A stretch of 64,000 nt of DNA. Origin: Auanema rhodensis. Taxonomy: Eukaryota > Animalia > Nematoda. This document shows, piece by piece, positions 26,391 through 38,600 of this stretch. Where the stretch lies: positions 20,522,001-20,586,000 of the forward strand of contig OZ059900.1 in assembly GCA_964057225.1 (NCBI GenBank). The letters run 5' to 3'. Every line of letters starts with the position of its first letter. Position 1 is the stretch's first letter. Both the position numbers and the translations under genes were made by a program. The notes under the pieces are model-generated. The model made no database searches, was not told where the DNA came from, and saw only the letters and a list, made by a program, of their open reading frames with translations.

Positions 26391-29300
26391 ATATGAGTCG
26401 TCAAATGCAACGAATTTCAGCGTGTTACATACTAAAATGAAGCATTTCACATGCTGAACACTAGAAAAATACAAAAACACAGTATTTCCCACGAGAAATA
26501 TTTTATTATGCTGGAAAACCAGTTTTTGGAAATTTCGCTGTAAACAAGGTTTTGACTTACGATTTCATGTGTTCAAACTCATGCAATGTCAATGAAACCT
26601 AGCTCAAAATTGTTCGTACAACGTCTAGTTCCACTTTCACGACAAAAAAACAGGGGTTAGAAAATTAAGGAAATTAGCATATTCTGAGGGCACGCCCCTT
26701 ATGGCTAATATTGATTAAATCGATTTTTGTTCATATGAGTCGTCAAATGCAACGAATTTCAGCGTGTTACATACTAAAATGAAGCATTTTACATGCTGAA
26801 CACTAGAAAAATACAAAAACACAGTATTTCCCATTAGAAATATTTTATTATGCTGGAAAACCAGTTTTAGGAAATTTCGCTGTAAACAAGGTTTTGACTT
26901 ACGATTTCATGTGTTCAAACTCATGCAATGTCAATGAAACCTAGTTCAAAATTGTTCGTACAACGTCTAGTTCCACTTTCACGACAAAAAAACAGGGGTT
27001 AGAAAATTAAGGAAATTAGCATATTCTGAGGGCACGCCCCTTATGGCTAATATTGATTAAATCGATTTTTGTTCATATGAGTCGTCAAATGCAACGAATT
27101 TCAGCGTGTTACATACTAAAATGAAGCATTTTACATGCTGAACACTAGAAAAATACAAAAACACAGTATTTCCCATTAGAAATATTTTATTATGCTGGAA
27201 AACCAGTTTTAGGAAATTTCGCTGTAAACAAGGTTTTGACTTACGATTTCATGTGTTCAAACTCATGCAATGTCAATGAAACCTAGTTCAAAATTGTTCG
27301 TACAACGTCTAGTTCCACTTTCACGACAAAAAAACAGGGGTTAGAAAATTAAGGAAATTAGCATATTCTGAGGGCACGCCCCTTATGGCTAATATTGATT
27401 AAATCGATTTTTGTTCATATGAGTCGTCAAATGCAACGAATTTCAGCGTGTTACATACTAAAATGAAGCATTTTACATGCTGAACACTAGAAAAATACAA
27501 AAACACAGTATTTCCCATGAGAAATATTTTATTATGCTGGAAAACCAGTTTTTGGAAATTTCGCTGTAAACAAGGTTTTGACTTACGATTTCATGTGTTC
27601 AAACTCATGCAATGTCAATGAAACCTAGTTCAAAATTGTTCGTACAACGTCTAGTTCCACTTTCACGACAAAAAAACAGGGGTTAGAAAATTAAGGAAAT
27701 TAGCATATTCTGAGGGCACGCCCCTTATGGCTAATATTGATTAAATCGATTTTTGTTCATATGAGTCGTCAAATGCAACGAATTTCAGCGTGTTACATAC
27801 TAAAATGAAGCATTTTACATGCTGAACACTAGAAAAATACAAAAACACAGTATTTCCCACGAGAAATATTTTATTATGCTGGAAAACCAGTTTTTGGAAA
27901 TTTCGCTGTAAACAAGGTTTTGACTTACGATTTCATGTGTTCAAACTCATGCAATGTCAATGAAACCTAGCTCAAAATTGTTCGTACAACGTCTAGTTCC
28001 ACTTTCACGACAAAAAAACAGGGGTTAGAAAATTAAGGAAATTAGCATATTCTGAGGGCACGCCCCTTATGGCTAATATTGATTAAATCGATTTTTGTTC
28101 ATATGAGTCGTCAAATGCAACGAATTTCAGCGTGTTACATACTAAAATGAAGCATTTTACATGCTGAACACTAGAAAAATACAAAAACACAGTATTTCCC
28201 ATGAGAAATATTTTATTATGCTGGAAAACCAGTTTTTGGAAATTTCGCTGTAAACAAGGTTTTGACTTACGATTTCATGTGTTCAAACTCATGCAATGTC
28301 AATGAAACCTAGTTCAAAATTGTTCGTACAACGTCTAGTTCCACTTTCACGACAAAAAAACAGGGGTTAGAAAATTAAGGAAATTAGCATATTCTGAGGG
28401 CACGCCCCTTATGGCTAATATTGATTAAATCGATTTTTGTTCATATGAGTCGTCAAATGCAACGAATTTCAGCGTGTTACATACTAAAATGAAGCATTTT
28501 ACATGCTGAACACTAGAAAAATACAAAAACACAGTATTTCCCATTAGAAATATTTTATTATGCTGGAAAACCAGTCTTTGGAAATTTCGCTGTAAACAAG
28601 GTTTTCACTTACGATTTCATGTGTTCAAACTCATGCAATGTCAATAAAACCTAGTTCAAAATTGTTCGTACAATGTCTAGTTCCACTTTCACGACAAAAA
28701 AACAGGGGTTAGAAAATTAAGGAAATTAGCATATTCTGAGGGCACGCCCCTTATGGCTAATATTGATTAAATCGATTTTTGTTCATATGAGTCGTCAAAT
28801 GCAACGAATTTCAGCGTGTTACATACTAAAATGAAGCATTTTACATGCTGAACACTAGAAAAATACAAAAACACAGTATTTTTTATGAGAAATATTTTAT
28901 TATGCTGGAAAACCAGTTTTTGGAAATTTCGCTGTAAACAAGGTTTTGACTTATGATTTCATGTGTTCAAACTCATGCAATGTCAATGAAACCTAGCTCA
29001 AAATTGTTCGTACAACGTCTAGTTCCACTTTCACGACAAAAAAACAGGGATTAGAAAATTAAGGAAATTAGCATATTCTGAGGGCACGCCCCTTATGGCT
29101 AATATTGATTAAATCGATTTTTGTTCATATGAGTCGTCAAATGCAACGAATTTCAGCGTGTTACATACTGAAATGCAGCATTTTACATGCTGAACACTAG
29201 AAAAATACAAAAACACAGTATTTCCCATGAGAAATATTTTATTATGCTGGAAAACCAGTTTTTGGAAATTTCGCTGTAAACAAGGTTTTGACTTACGATT

Positions 29301-32300
29301 TCATGTGTTCAAACTCATGCAATGTCAATGAAACCTAGTTCAAAATTGTTCGTACAACGTCTAGTTCCACTTTCACAACAAAAAAACAGGGGTTAGAAAA
29401 TTAAGGAAATTAGCATATTCTGAGGGCACGCCCCTTATGGCTAATATTGATTAAATCGATTTTTGTTCATATGAGTCGTCAAATGCAACGAATTTCAGCG
29501 TGTTACATACTAAAATGAAGCATTTTACATGCTGAACACTAGAAAAATACAAAAACACAGTATTTCCCATGAGAAATATTTTATTATGCTGGAAAACCAG
29601 TTTTTGGAAATTTCGCTGTAAACAAGGTTTTGACTTACGATTTCATGTGTTCAAACTCATGCAATGTCAATGAAACCTAGCTCAAAATTGTTCGTACAAC
29701 GTCTAGTTCCACTTTCACGACAAAAAAACAGGGGTTAGAAAATTAGGGAAATTAGCATATTCTGAGGGCACGCCCCTTATGGCTAATATTGATTAAATCG
29801 ATTTTTGTTCATATGAGTCGTCAAATGCAACGAATTTCAGCGTGTTACATACTAAAATGAAGCATTTTACATGCTGAACACTAGAAAAATACAAAAACAC
29901 AGTATTTCCCATGAGAAATATTTTATTATGCTGGAAAACCAGTTTTTGGAAATTTCGCTGTAAACAAGGTTTTGACTTACGATTTCATGTGTTCAAACTC
30001 ATGCAATGTCAATGAAACCTAGCTCAAAATTGTTCGTACAACGTCTAGTTCCACTTTCACGACAAAAAAACAGGGGTTAGAAAATTAAGGAAATTAGCAT
30101 ATTCTGAGGGCACGCCCCTTATGGCTAATATTGATTAAATCGATTTTTGTTCATATGAGTCGTCAAATGCAACGAATTTCAGCGTGTTACATACTAAAAT
30201 GAAGCATTTTATATGCTGAACACTAGAAAAACACAAAAACACAGTATTTCCCATGAGAAATATTTTATTATGCTGGAAAATCAGTTTTTGGAAATTTCGC
30301 TGTAAACAAGGTTTTGACTTACGATTTCATGTGTTCAAACTCATGCAATGTCAATGAAACCTAGTTCAAAATTGTTCGTACAACGTCTAGTTCCACTTTC
30401 ACGACAAAAAAACAGGGGTTAGAAAATTAAGGAAATTAGCATATTCTGAGGGCACGCCCCTTATGGCTAATATTGATTAAATCGATTTTTGTTCATATGA
30501 GTCGTCAAATGCAACGAATTTCAGCGTGTTACATACTAAAATGAAGCATTTTACATGCTGAACACTAGAAAAATACAAAAACACAGTATTTCCCATTAGA
30601 AATATTTTATTATGCTGGAAAACCAGTTTTTGGAAATTTCGCTGTAAACAAGGTTTTGACTTACGATTTCATGTGTTCAAACTCATGCAATGTCAATGAA
30701 ACCTAGTTCAAAATTGTTCGTACAACGTCTAGTTCCACTTTCACGACAAAAAAACAGGGGTTAGAAAATTAAGGAAATTAGCATATTCTGAGGGCACGCC
30801 CCTTATGGCTAATATTGATTAAATCGATTTTTGTTCATATAAGTCGTCAAATGCAACGAATTCCAGCGTGTTACATACTAAAATAAAGCATTTTACATGC
30901 TGAACACTAGAAAAACACAAAAACACAGTATTTCCCATGAGAAATATTTTATTATGCTGGAAAATCAGTTTTTGGAAATTTCGCTGTAAACAAGGTTTTG
31001 ACTTACGATTTCATGTGTTCAAACTCATGCAATGTCAATGAAACCTAGTTCAAAATTGTTCGTACAACGTCTAGTTCCACTTTCACGACAAAAAAACAGG
31101 GGTTAGAAAATTAAGGAAATTAGCATATTCTGAGGGCACGCCCCTTATGGCTAATATTGATTAAATCGATTTTTGTTCATATGAGTCGTCAAATGCAACG
31201 AATTTCAGCGTGTTACATACTAAAATGAAGCATTTTACATGCTGAACACTAGAAAAATACAAAAACACAGTATTTCCCATTAGAAATATTTTATTATGCT
31301 GGAAAACCAGTTTTTGGAAATTTCGCTGTAAACAAGGTTTTGACTTACGATTTCATGTGTTCAAACTCATGCAATGTCAATGAAACCTAGTTCAAAATTG
31401 TTCGTACAACGTCTAGTTCCACTTTCACGACAAAAAAACAGGGGTTAGAAAATTAAGGAAATTAGCATATTCTGAGGGCACGCCCCTTATGGCTAATATT
31501 GATTAAATCGATTTTTGTTCATATGAGTCGTCAAATGCAACGAATTCCAGCGTGTTACATACTAAAATGAAGCATTTTACATGCTGAACACTAGAAAAAT
31601 ACAAAAACACAGTATTTCCCACGAGAAATGATTTATTATGCAGGAAAACCAGTTTTTGGAAATTTCGCTGTAAACAAGGTTTTGACTTACGATTTCATGT
31701 GTTCAAACTCATGCAATGTCAATGAAACCTAGCTCAAAATTGTTCGTACAACGTCTAGTTCCACTTTCACGACAAAAAAACAGGGGTTAGAAAATTAAGG
31801 AAATTAGCATATTCTGAGGGCACGCCCCTTATGGCTAATATTGATTAAATCGATTTTTGTTCATATGAGTCGTCAAATGCAACGAATTTCAGCGTGTTAC
31901 ATACTAAAATGAAGCATTTTACATGCTGAACACTAGAAAAATACAAAAACACAGTATTTCCCATGAGAAATATTTTATTATGCTGGAAAACCAGTTTTTG
32001 GAAATTTCGCTGTAAACAAGGTTTTGACTTACGATTTCATGTGTTCAAACTCATGCAATGTCAATGAAACCTAGTTCAAAATTGTTCGTACAACGTCTAG
32101 TTCCACTTTCACGACAAAAAAACAGGGGTTAGAAAATTAAGGAAATTAGCATATTCTGAGGGCACGCCCCTTATGGCTAATATTGATTAAATCGATTTTT
32201 GTTCATATGAGTCGTCAAATGCAACGAATTCCAGCGTGTTACATACTAAAATGAAGCATTTTACATGCTGAACACTAGAAAAATACAAAAACACAGTATT

Positions 32301-34615
32301 TCCCACGAGAAATATTTTATTATGCAGGAAAACCAGTTTTTGGAAATTTCGCTGTAAACAAGGTTTTGACTTACGATTTCATGTGTTCAAACTCATGCAA
32401 TGTCAATGAAACCTAGCTCAAAATTGTTCGTACAACGTCTAGTTCCACTTTCACGACAAAAAAACAGGGGTTAGAAAATTAAGGAAATTAGCATATTCTG
32501 AGGGCACGCCCCTTATGGCTAATATTGATTAAATCGATTTTTGTTCATATGAGTCGTCAAATGCAACGAATTTCAGCGTGTTACATACTAAAATGAAGCA
32601 TTTTACATGCTGAACACTAGAAAAATACAAAAACACAGTATTTCCCATGAGAAATATTTTATTATGCTGGAAAACCAGTTTTTGGAAATTTCGCTGTAAA
32701 CAAGGTTTTGACTTACGATTTCATGTGTTCAAACTCATGCAATGTCAATGAAACCTAGTTCAAAATTGTTCGTACAACGTCTAGTTCCACTTTCACGACA
32801 AAAAAACAGGGGTTAGAAAATTAAGGAAATTAGCATATTCTGAGGGCACGCCCCTTATGGCTAATATTGATTAAATCGATTTTTGTTCATATGAGTCGTC
32901 AAATGCAACGAATTTCAGCGTGTTACATACTAAAATGAAGCATTTTACATGCTGAACACTAGAAAAATACAAAAACACAGTATTTCCCATTAGAAATATT
33001 TTATTATGCTGGAAAACCAGTTTTTGGAAATTTCGCTGTAAACAAGGTTTTGACTTACGATTTCATGTGTTCAAACTCATGCAATGTCAATGAAACCTAG
33101 TTCAAAATTGTTCGTACAACGTCTAGTTCCACTTTCACGACAAAAAAACAGGGGTTAGAAAATTAAGGAAATTAGCATATTCTGAGGGCACGCCCCTTAT
33201 GGCTAATATTGATTAAATCGATTTTTGTTCATATGAGTCGTCAAATGCAACGAATTTCAGCGTGTTACATACTAAAATGAAGCATTTTACATGCTGAACA
33301 CTAGAAAAATACAAAAACACAGTATTTCCCACGAGAAATATTTTATTATGCTGGAAAACCAGTTTTAGGAAATTTCGCTGTAAACAAGGTTTTGACTTAC
33401 GATTTCATGTGTTCAAACTCATGCAATGTCAATGAAACCTAGTTCAAAATTGTTCGTACAACGTCTAGTTCCACTTTCACGACAAAAAAACAGGGGTTAG
33501 AAAATTAAGGAAATTAGCATATTCTGAGGGCACGCCCCTTATGGCTAATATTGATTAAATCGATTTTTGTTCATATGAGTCGTCAAATGCAACGAATTTC
33601 AGCGTGTTACATACTAAAATGAAGCATTTTACATGCTGAACACTAGAAAAATACAAAAACACAGTATTTCCCACGAGAAATATTTTATTATGCTGGAAAA
33701 CCAGTTTTAGGAAATTTCGCTGTGAACAAGGTTTTGACTTACGATTTCATGTGTTCAAACTCATGCAATGTCAATGAAACCTAGTTCAAAATTGTTCGTA
33801 CAACGTCTAGTTCCACTATCACGACAAAAAAACAGGGGTTAGAAAATTAAGGAAATTAGCATATTCTGAGGGCACGCCCCTTATTGCTAATATTGATTAA
33901 ATCGATTTTTGTTCATATGAGTCGTCAAATGCAACGAATTTCAGCGTGTTACATACTAAAATGAAGCATTTTACATGCTGAACACTAGAAAAATACAAAA
34001 ACACAGTATTTCCCACGAGAAATATTTTATTATGCTGGAAAACCAGTTTTTGGAAATTTCGCTGTAAACAAGGTTTTGACTTACGATTTCATGTGTTCAA
34101 ACTCATGCAATGTCAATGAAACCTAGCTCAAAATTGTTCGTACAACGTCTAGTTCCACTTTCACGACAAAAAAACAGGGGTTAGAAAATTAAGGAAATTA
34201 GCATATTCTGAGGGCACGCCCCTTATGGCTAATATTGTTTAAATCGATTTTTGTTCATATGAGTCGTCAAATGCAACGAATTTCAGCGTGTTACATACTA
34301 AAATGAAGCATTTTACATGCTGAACACTAGAAAAATACAAAAACACAGTATTTCCCTTTAGAAATATTTTATTATGCTGGAAAACCAGTTTTAGGAAATT
34401 TCGCTGTAAACAAGGTTTTGACTTACGATTTCATGTGTTCAAACTCATGCAATGTCAATGAAACCTAGTTCAAAATTGTTCGTACAACGTCTAGTTCCAC
34501 TTTCACGACAAAAAAACAGGGGTTAGAAAATTAAGGAAATTAGCATATTCTGAGGGCACGCCCCTTATGGCTAATATTGATTAAATCGATTTTTGTTCAT
34601 ATGAGTCGTCAAATG
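26390..34615 (+). repeat. 342-bp satellite array, block C (24 monomers + 18 bp, forward; inverted island within B-D)
   Basis: 8226 bp = 24 x 342 + 18, running from monomer position 281 to 298. Shares the ctagttc and ccattag variants with B and proximal D. Confidence 0.98.
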
Positions 34616-34616
34616 T
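34615..34616. other. Orientation-switch junction J2 (convergent), blunt
   Basis: '...gagtcgtcaaatg' (forward, monomer position 298) is joined directly to 'tcgtaagtcaaaacc...' (reverse, monomer position 111). Confidence 0.95.
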
Positions 34617-35699
34617 CGTAAGTCAAAACCTTGTTTACAGCGAAATTTCCAAAAACTGATTTTCCAGCATAATAAAATATTTCTCATGGGAAATACTGTG
34701 TTTTTGTGTTTTTCTAGTGTTCAGCATGTAAAATGCTTCATTTTAGTATGTAACACGCTGAAATTCGTTGCATTTGACGACTCATATGAACAAAAATCGA
34801 TTTAATCAATATTAGCCATAAGGGGCGTGCCCTCAGAATATGCTAATTTCCTTAATTTTCTAACCCCTGTTTTTTTGTCGTGAAAGTGGAACTAGACGTT
34901 GTACGAACAATTTTGAGCTAGGTTTCATTGACATTGCATGAGTTTGAACACATGAAATCGTAAGTCAAAACCTTGTTTACAGCGAAATTTCCAAAAACTG
35001 GTTTTCCAGCATAATAAAATATTTCTCATGGGAAATACTGTGTTTTTGTATTTTTCTAGTGTTCAGCATGTAAAATGCTTCATTTTAGTATGTAACACGC
35101 TGAAATTCGTTGCATTTGACGACTCATATGAACAAAAATCGATTTAATCAATATTAGCCATAAGGGGCGTGCCCTCAGAATACGCTAATTTCCCTAATTT
35201 TCTAACCCCTGTTTTTTTGTCGTGAAAGTGGAACTAGACGTTGTACGAACAATTTTGAGCTAGGTTTCATTGACATTGCATGAGTTTGAACACATGAAAT
35301 CGTAAGTCAAAACCTTGTTTACAGCGAAATTTCCAAAAACTGGTTTTCCAGCATAATAAAATATTTCTCATGGGAAATACTGTGTTTTTGTATTTTTCTA
35401 GTGTTCAGCATGTAAAATGCTTCATTTTAGTATGTAACACGCTGAAATTCGTTGCATTTGACGACTCATATGAACAAAAATCGATTTAATCAATATTAGC
35501 CATAAGGGGCGTGCCCTCAGAATATGCTAATTTCCTTAATTTTCTAACCCCTGTTTTTTTGTCGTGAAAGTGGAACTAGACGTTGTACGAACAATTTTGA
35601 GCTAGGTTTCATTGACATTGCATGAGTTTGAACACATGAAATCGTAAGTCAAAACCTTGTTTACAGCGAAATTTCCAAAAAGTGGTTTTCCAGCATAAT

Positions 35700-38600
35700 A
35701 AAATATTTCTCGTGGGAAATACTGTGTTTTTGTATTTTTCTAGTGTTCAGCATGTAAAATGCTTCATTTTAGTATGTAACACGCTGAAATTCGTTGCATT
35801 TGACGACTCATATGAACAAAAATCGATTTAATCAATATTAGCCATAAGGGGCGTGCCCTCAGAATATGCTAATTTCCTTAATTTTCTAACCCCTGTTTTT
35901 TTGTCGTGAAAGTGGAACTAGACGTTGTACGAACAATTTTGAACTAGGTTTCATTGACATTGCATGAGTTTGAACACATGAAATCGTAAGTCAAAACCTT
36001 GTTTACAGCGAAATTTCCAAAAACTGGTTTTCCAGCATAATAAAATATTTCTAATGGGAAATACTGTGTTTTTGTATTTTTCTAGTGTTCAGCATGTAAA
36101 ATGCTTCATTTAAGTATGTAACACGCTGAAATTCGTTGCATTTGACGACTCATATGAACAAAAATCGATTTAATCAATATTAGCCATAAGGGGCGTGCCC
36201 TCAGAATATGCTAATTTCCTTAATTTTCTAACCCCTGTTTTTTTGTCGTGAAAGTGGAACTAGACGTTGTACGAACAATTTTGAGCTAGGTTTCATTGAC
36301 ATTGCGTGAGTTTGAACACATGAAATCGTAAGTCAAAACCTTGTTTACAGCGAAATTTCCAAAAACTGGTTTTCCAGCATAATAAAATATTTCTCGTGGG
36401 AAATACTGTGTTTTTGTATTTTTCTAGTGTTCAGCATGTGAAATGCTTCATTTTAGTATGTAACACGCTGAAATTCGTTGCATTTGACGACTCATATGAA
36501 CAAAAATCGATTTAATCAATATTAGCCATAAGGGGCGTGCCCTCAGAATATGCTAATTTCCTTAATTTTCTAACCCCTGTTTTTTTGTCGTGAAAGTGGA
36601 ACTAGACGTTGTACGAACAATTTTGAGCTAGGTTTCATTGACATTGCATGAGTTTGAACACATGAAATCGTAAGTCAAAACCTTGTTTACAGCGAAATTT
36701 CCAAAAACTGGTTTTCCAGCATAATAAAATATTTCTCGTGGGAAATACTGTGTTTTTGTATTTTTCTAGTGTTCAGCATGTAAAATGCTTCATTTTAGTA
36801 TGTAACACGCTGAAATTCGTTGCATTTGACGACTCATATGAACAAAAATCGATTTAATCAATATTAGCCATAAGGGGCGTGCCCTCAGAATATGCTAATT
36901 TCCTTAATTTTCTAACCCCTGTTTTTTTGTCGTGAAAGTGGAACTAGACGTTGTACGAACAATTTTGAACTAGGTTTCATTGACATTGCATGAGTTTGAA
37001 CACATGAAATCGTAAGTCAAAACCTTGTTTACAGCGAAATTTCCAAAAACTGGTTTTCCAGCATAATAAAATATTTCTAATGGGAAATACTGTGTTTTTG
37101 TATTTTTCTAGTGTTCAGCATGTAAAATGCTTCATTTAAGTATGTAACACGCTGAAATTCGTTGCATTTGACGACTCATATGAACAAAAATCGATTTAAT
37201 CAATATTAGCCATAAGGGGCGTGCCCTCAGAATATGCTAATTTCCTTAATTTTCTAACCCCTGTTTTTTTGTCGTGAAAGTGGAACTAGACGTTGTACGA
37301 ACAATTTTGAGCTAGGTTTCATTGACATTGCGTGAGTTTGAACACATGAAATCGTAAGTCAAAACCTTGTTTACAGCGAAATTTCCAAAAACTGGTTTTC
37401 CAGCATAATAAAATATTTCTCGTGGGAAATACTGTGTTTTTGTATTTTTCTAGTGTTCAGCATGTGAAATGCTTCATTTTAGTATGTAACACGCTGAAAT
37501 TCGTTGCATTTGACGACTCATATGAACAAAAATCGATTTAATCAATATTAGCCATAAGGGGCGTGCCCTCAGAATATGCTAATTTCCTTAATTTTCTAAC
37601 CCCTGTTTTTTTGTCGTGAAAGTGGAACTAGACGTTGTACGAACAATTTTGAGCTAGGTTTCATTGACATTGCATGAGTTTGAACACATGAAATCGTAAG
37701 TCAAAACCTTGTTTACAGCGAAATTTCCAAAAACTGGTTTTCCAGCATAATAAAATATTTCTCGTGGGAAATACTGTGTTTTTGTATTTTTCTAGTGTTC
37801 AGCATGTAAAATGCTTCATTTTAGTATGTAACACGCTGAAATTCGTTGCATTTGACGACTCATATGAACAAAAATCGATTTAATCAATATTAGCCATAAG
37901 GGGCGTGCCCTCAGAATATGCTAATTTCCTTAATTTTCTAACCCCTGTTTTTTTGTCGTGAAAGTGGAACTAGACGTTGTACGAACAATTTTGAACTAGG
38001 TTTCATTGACATTGCATGAGTTTGAACACATGAAATCGTAAGTCAAAACCTTGTTTACAGCGAAATTTCCAAAAACTGGTTTTCCAGCATAATAAAATAT
38101 TTCTAATGGGAAATACTGTGTTTTTGTATTTTTCTAGTGTTCAGCATGTAAAATGCTTCATTTAAGTATGTAACACGCTGAAATTCGTTGCATTTGACGA
38201 CTCATATGAACAAAAATCGATTTAATCAATATTAGCCATAAGGGGCGTGCCCTCAGAATATGCTAATTTCCTTAATTTTCTAACCCCTGTTTTTTTGTCG
38301 TGAAAGTGGAACTAGACGTTGTACGAACAATTTTGAGCTAGGTTTCATTGACATTGCGTGAGTTTGAACACATGAAATCGTAAGTCAAAACCTTGTTTAC
38401 AGCGAAATTTCCAAAAACTGGTTTTCCAGCATAATAAAATATTTCTCGTGGGAAATACTGTGTTTTTGTATTTTTCTAGTGTTCAGCATGTAAAATGCTT
38501 CATTTTAGTATGTAACACGCTGAAATTCGTTGCATTTGACGACTCATATGAACAAAAATCGATTTAATCAATATTAGCCATAAGGGGCGTGCCCTCAGAA

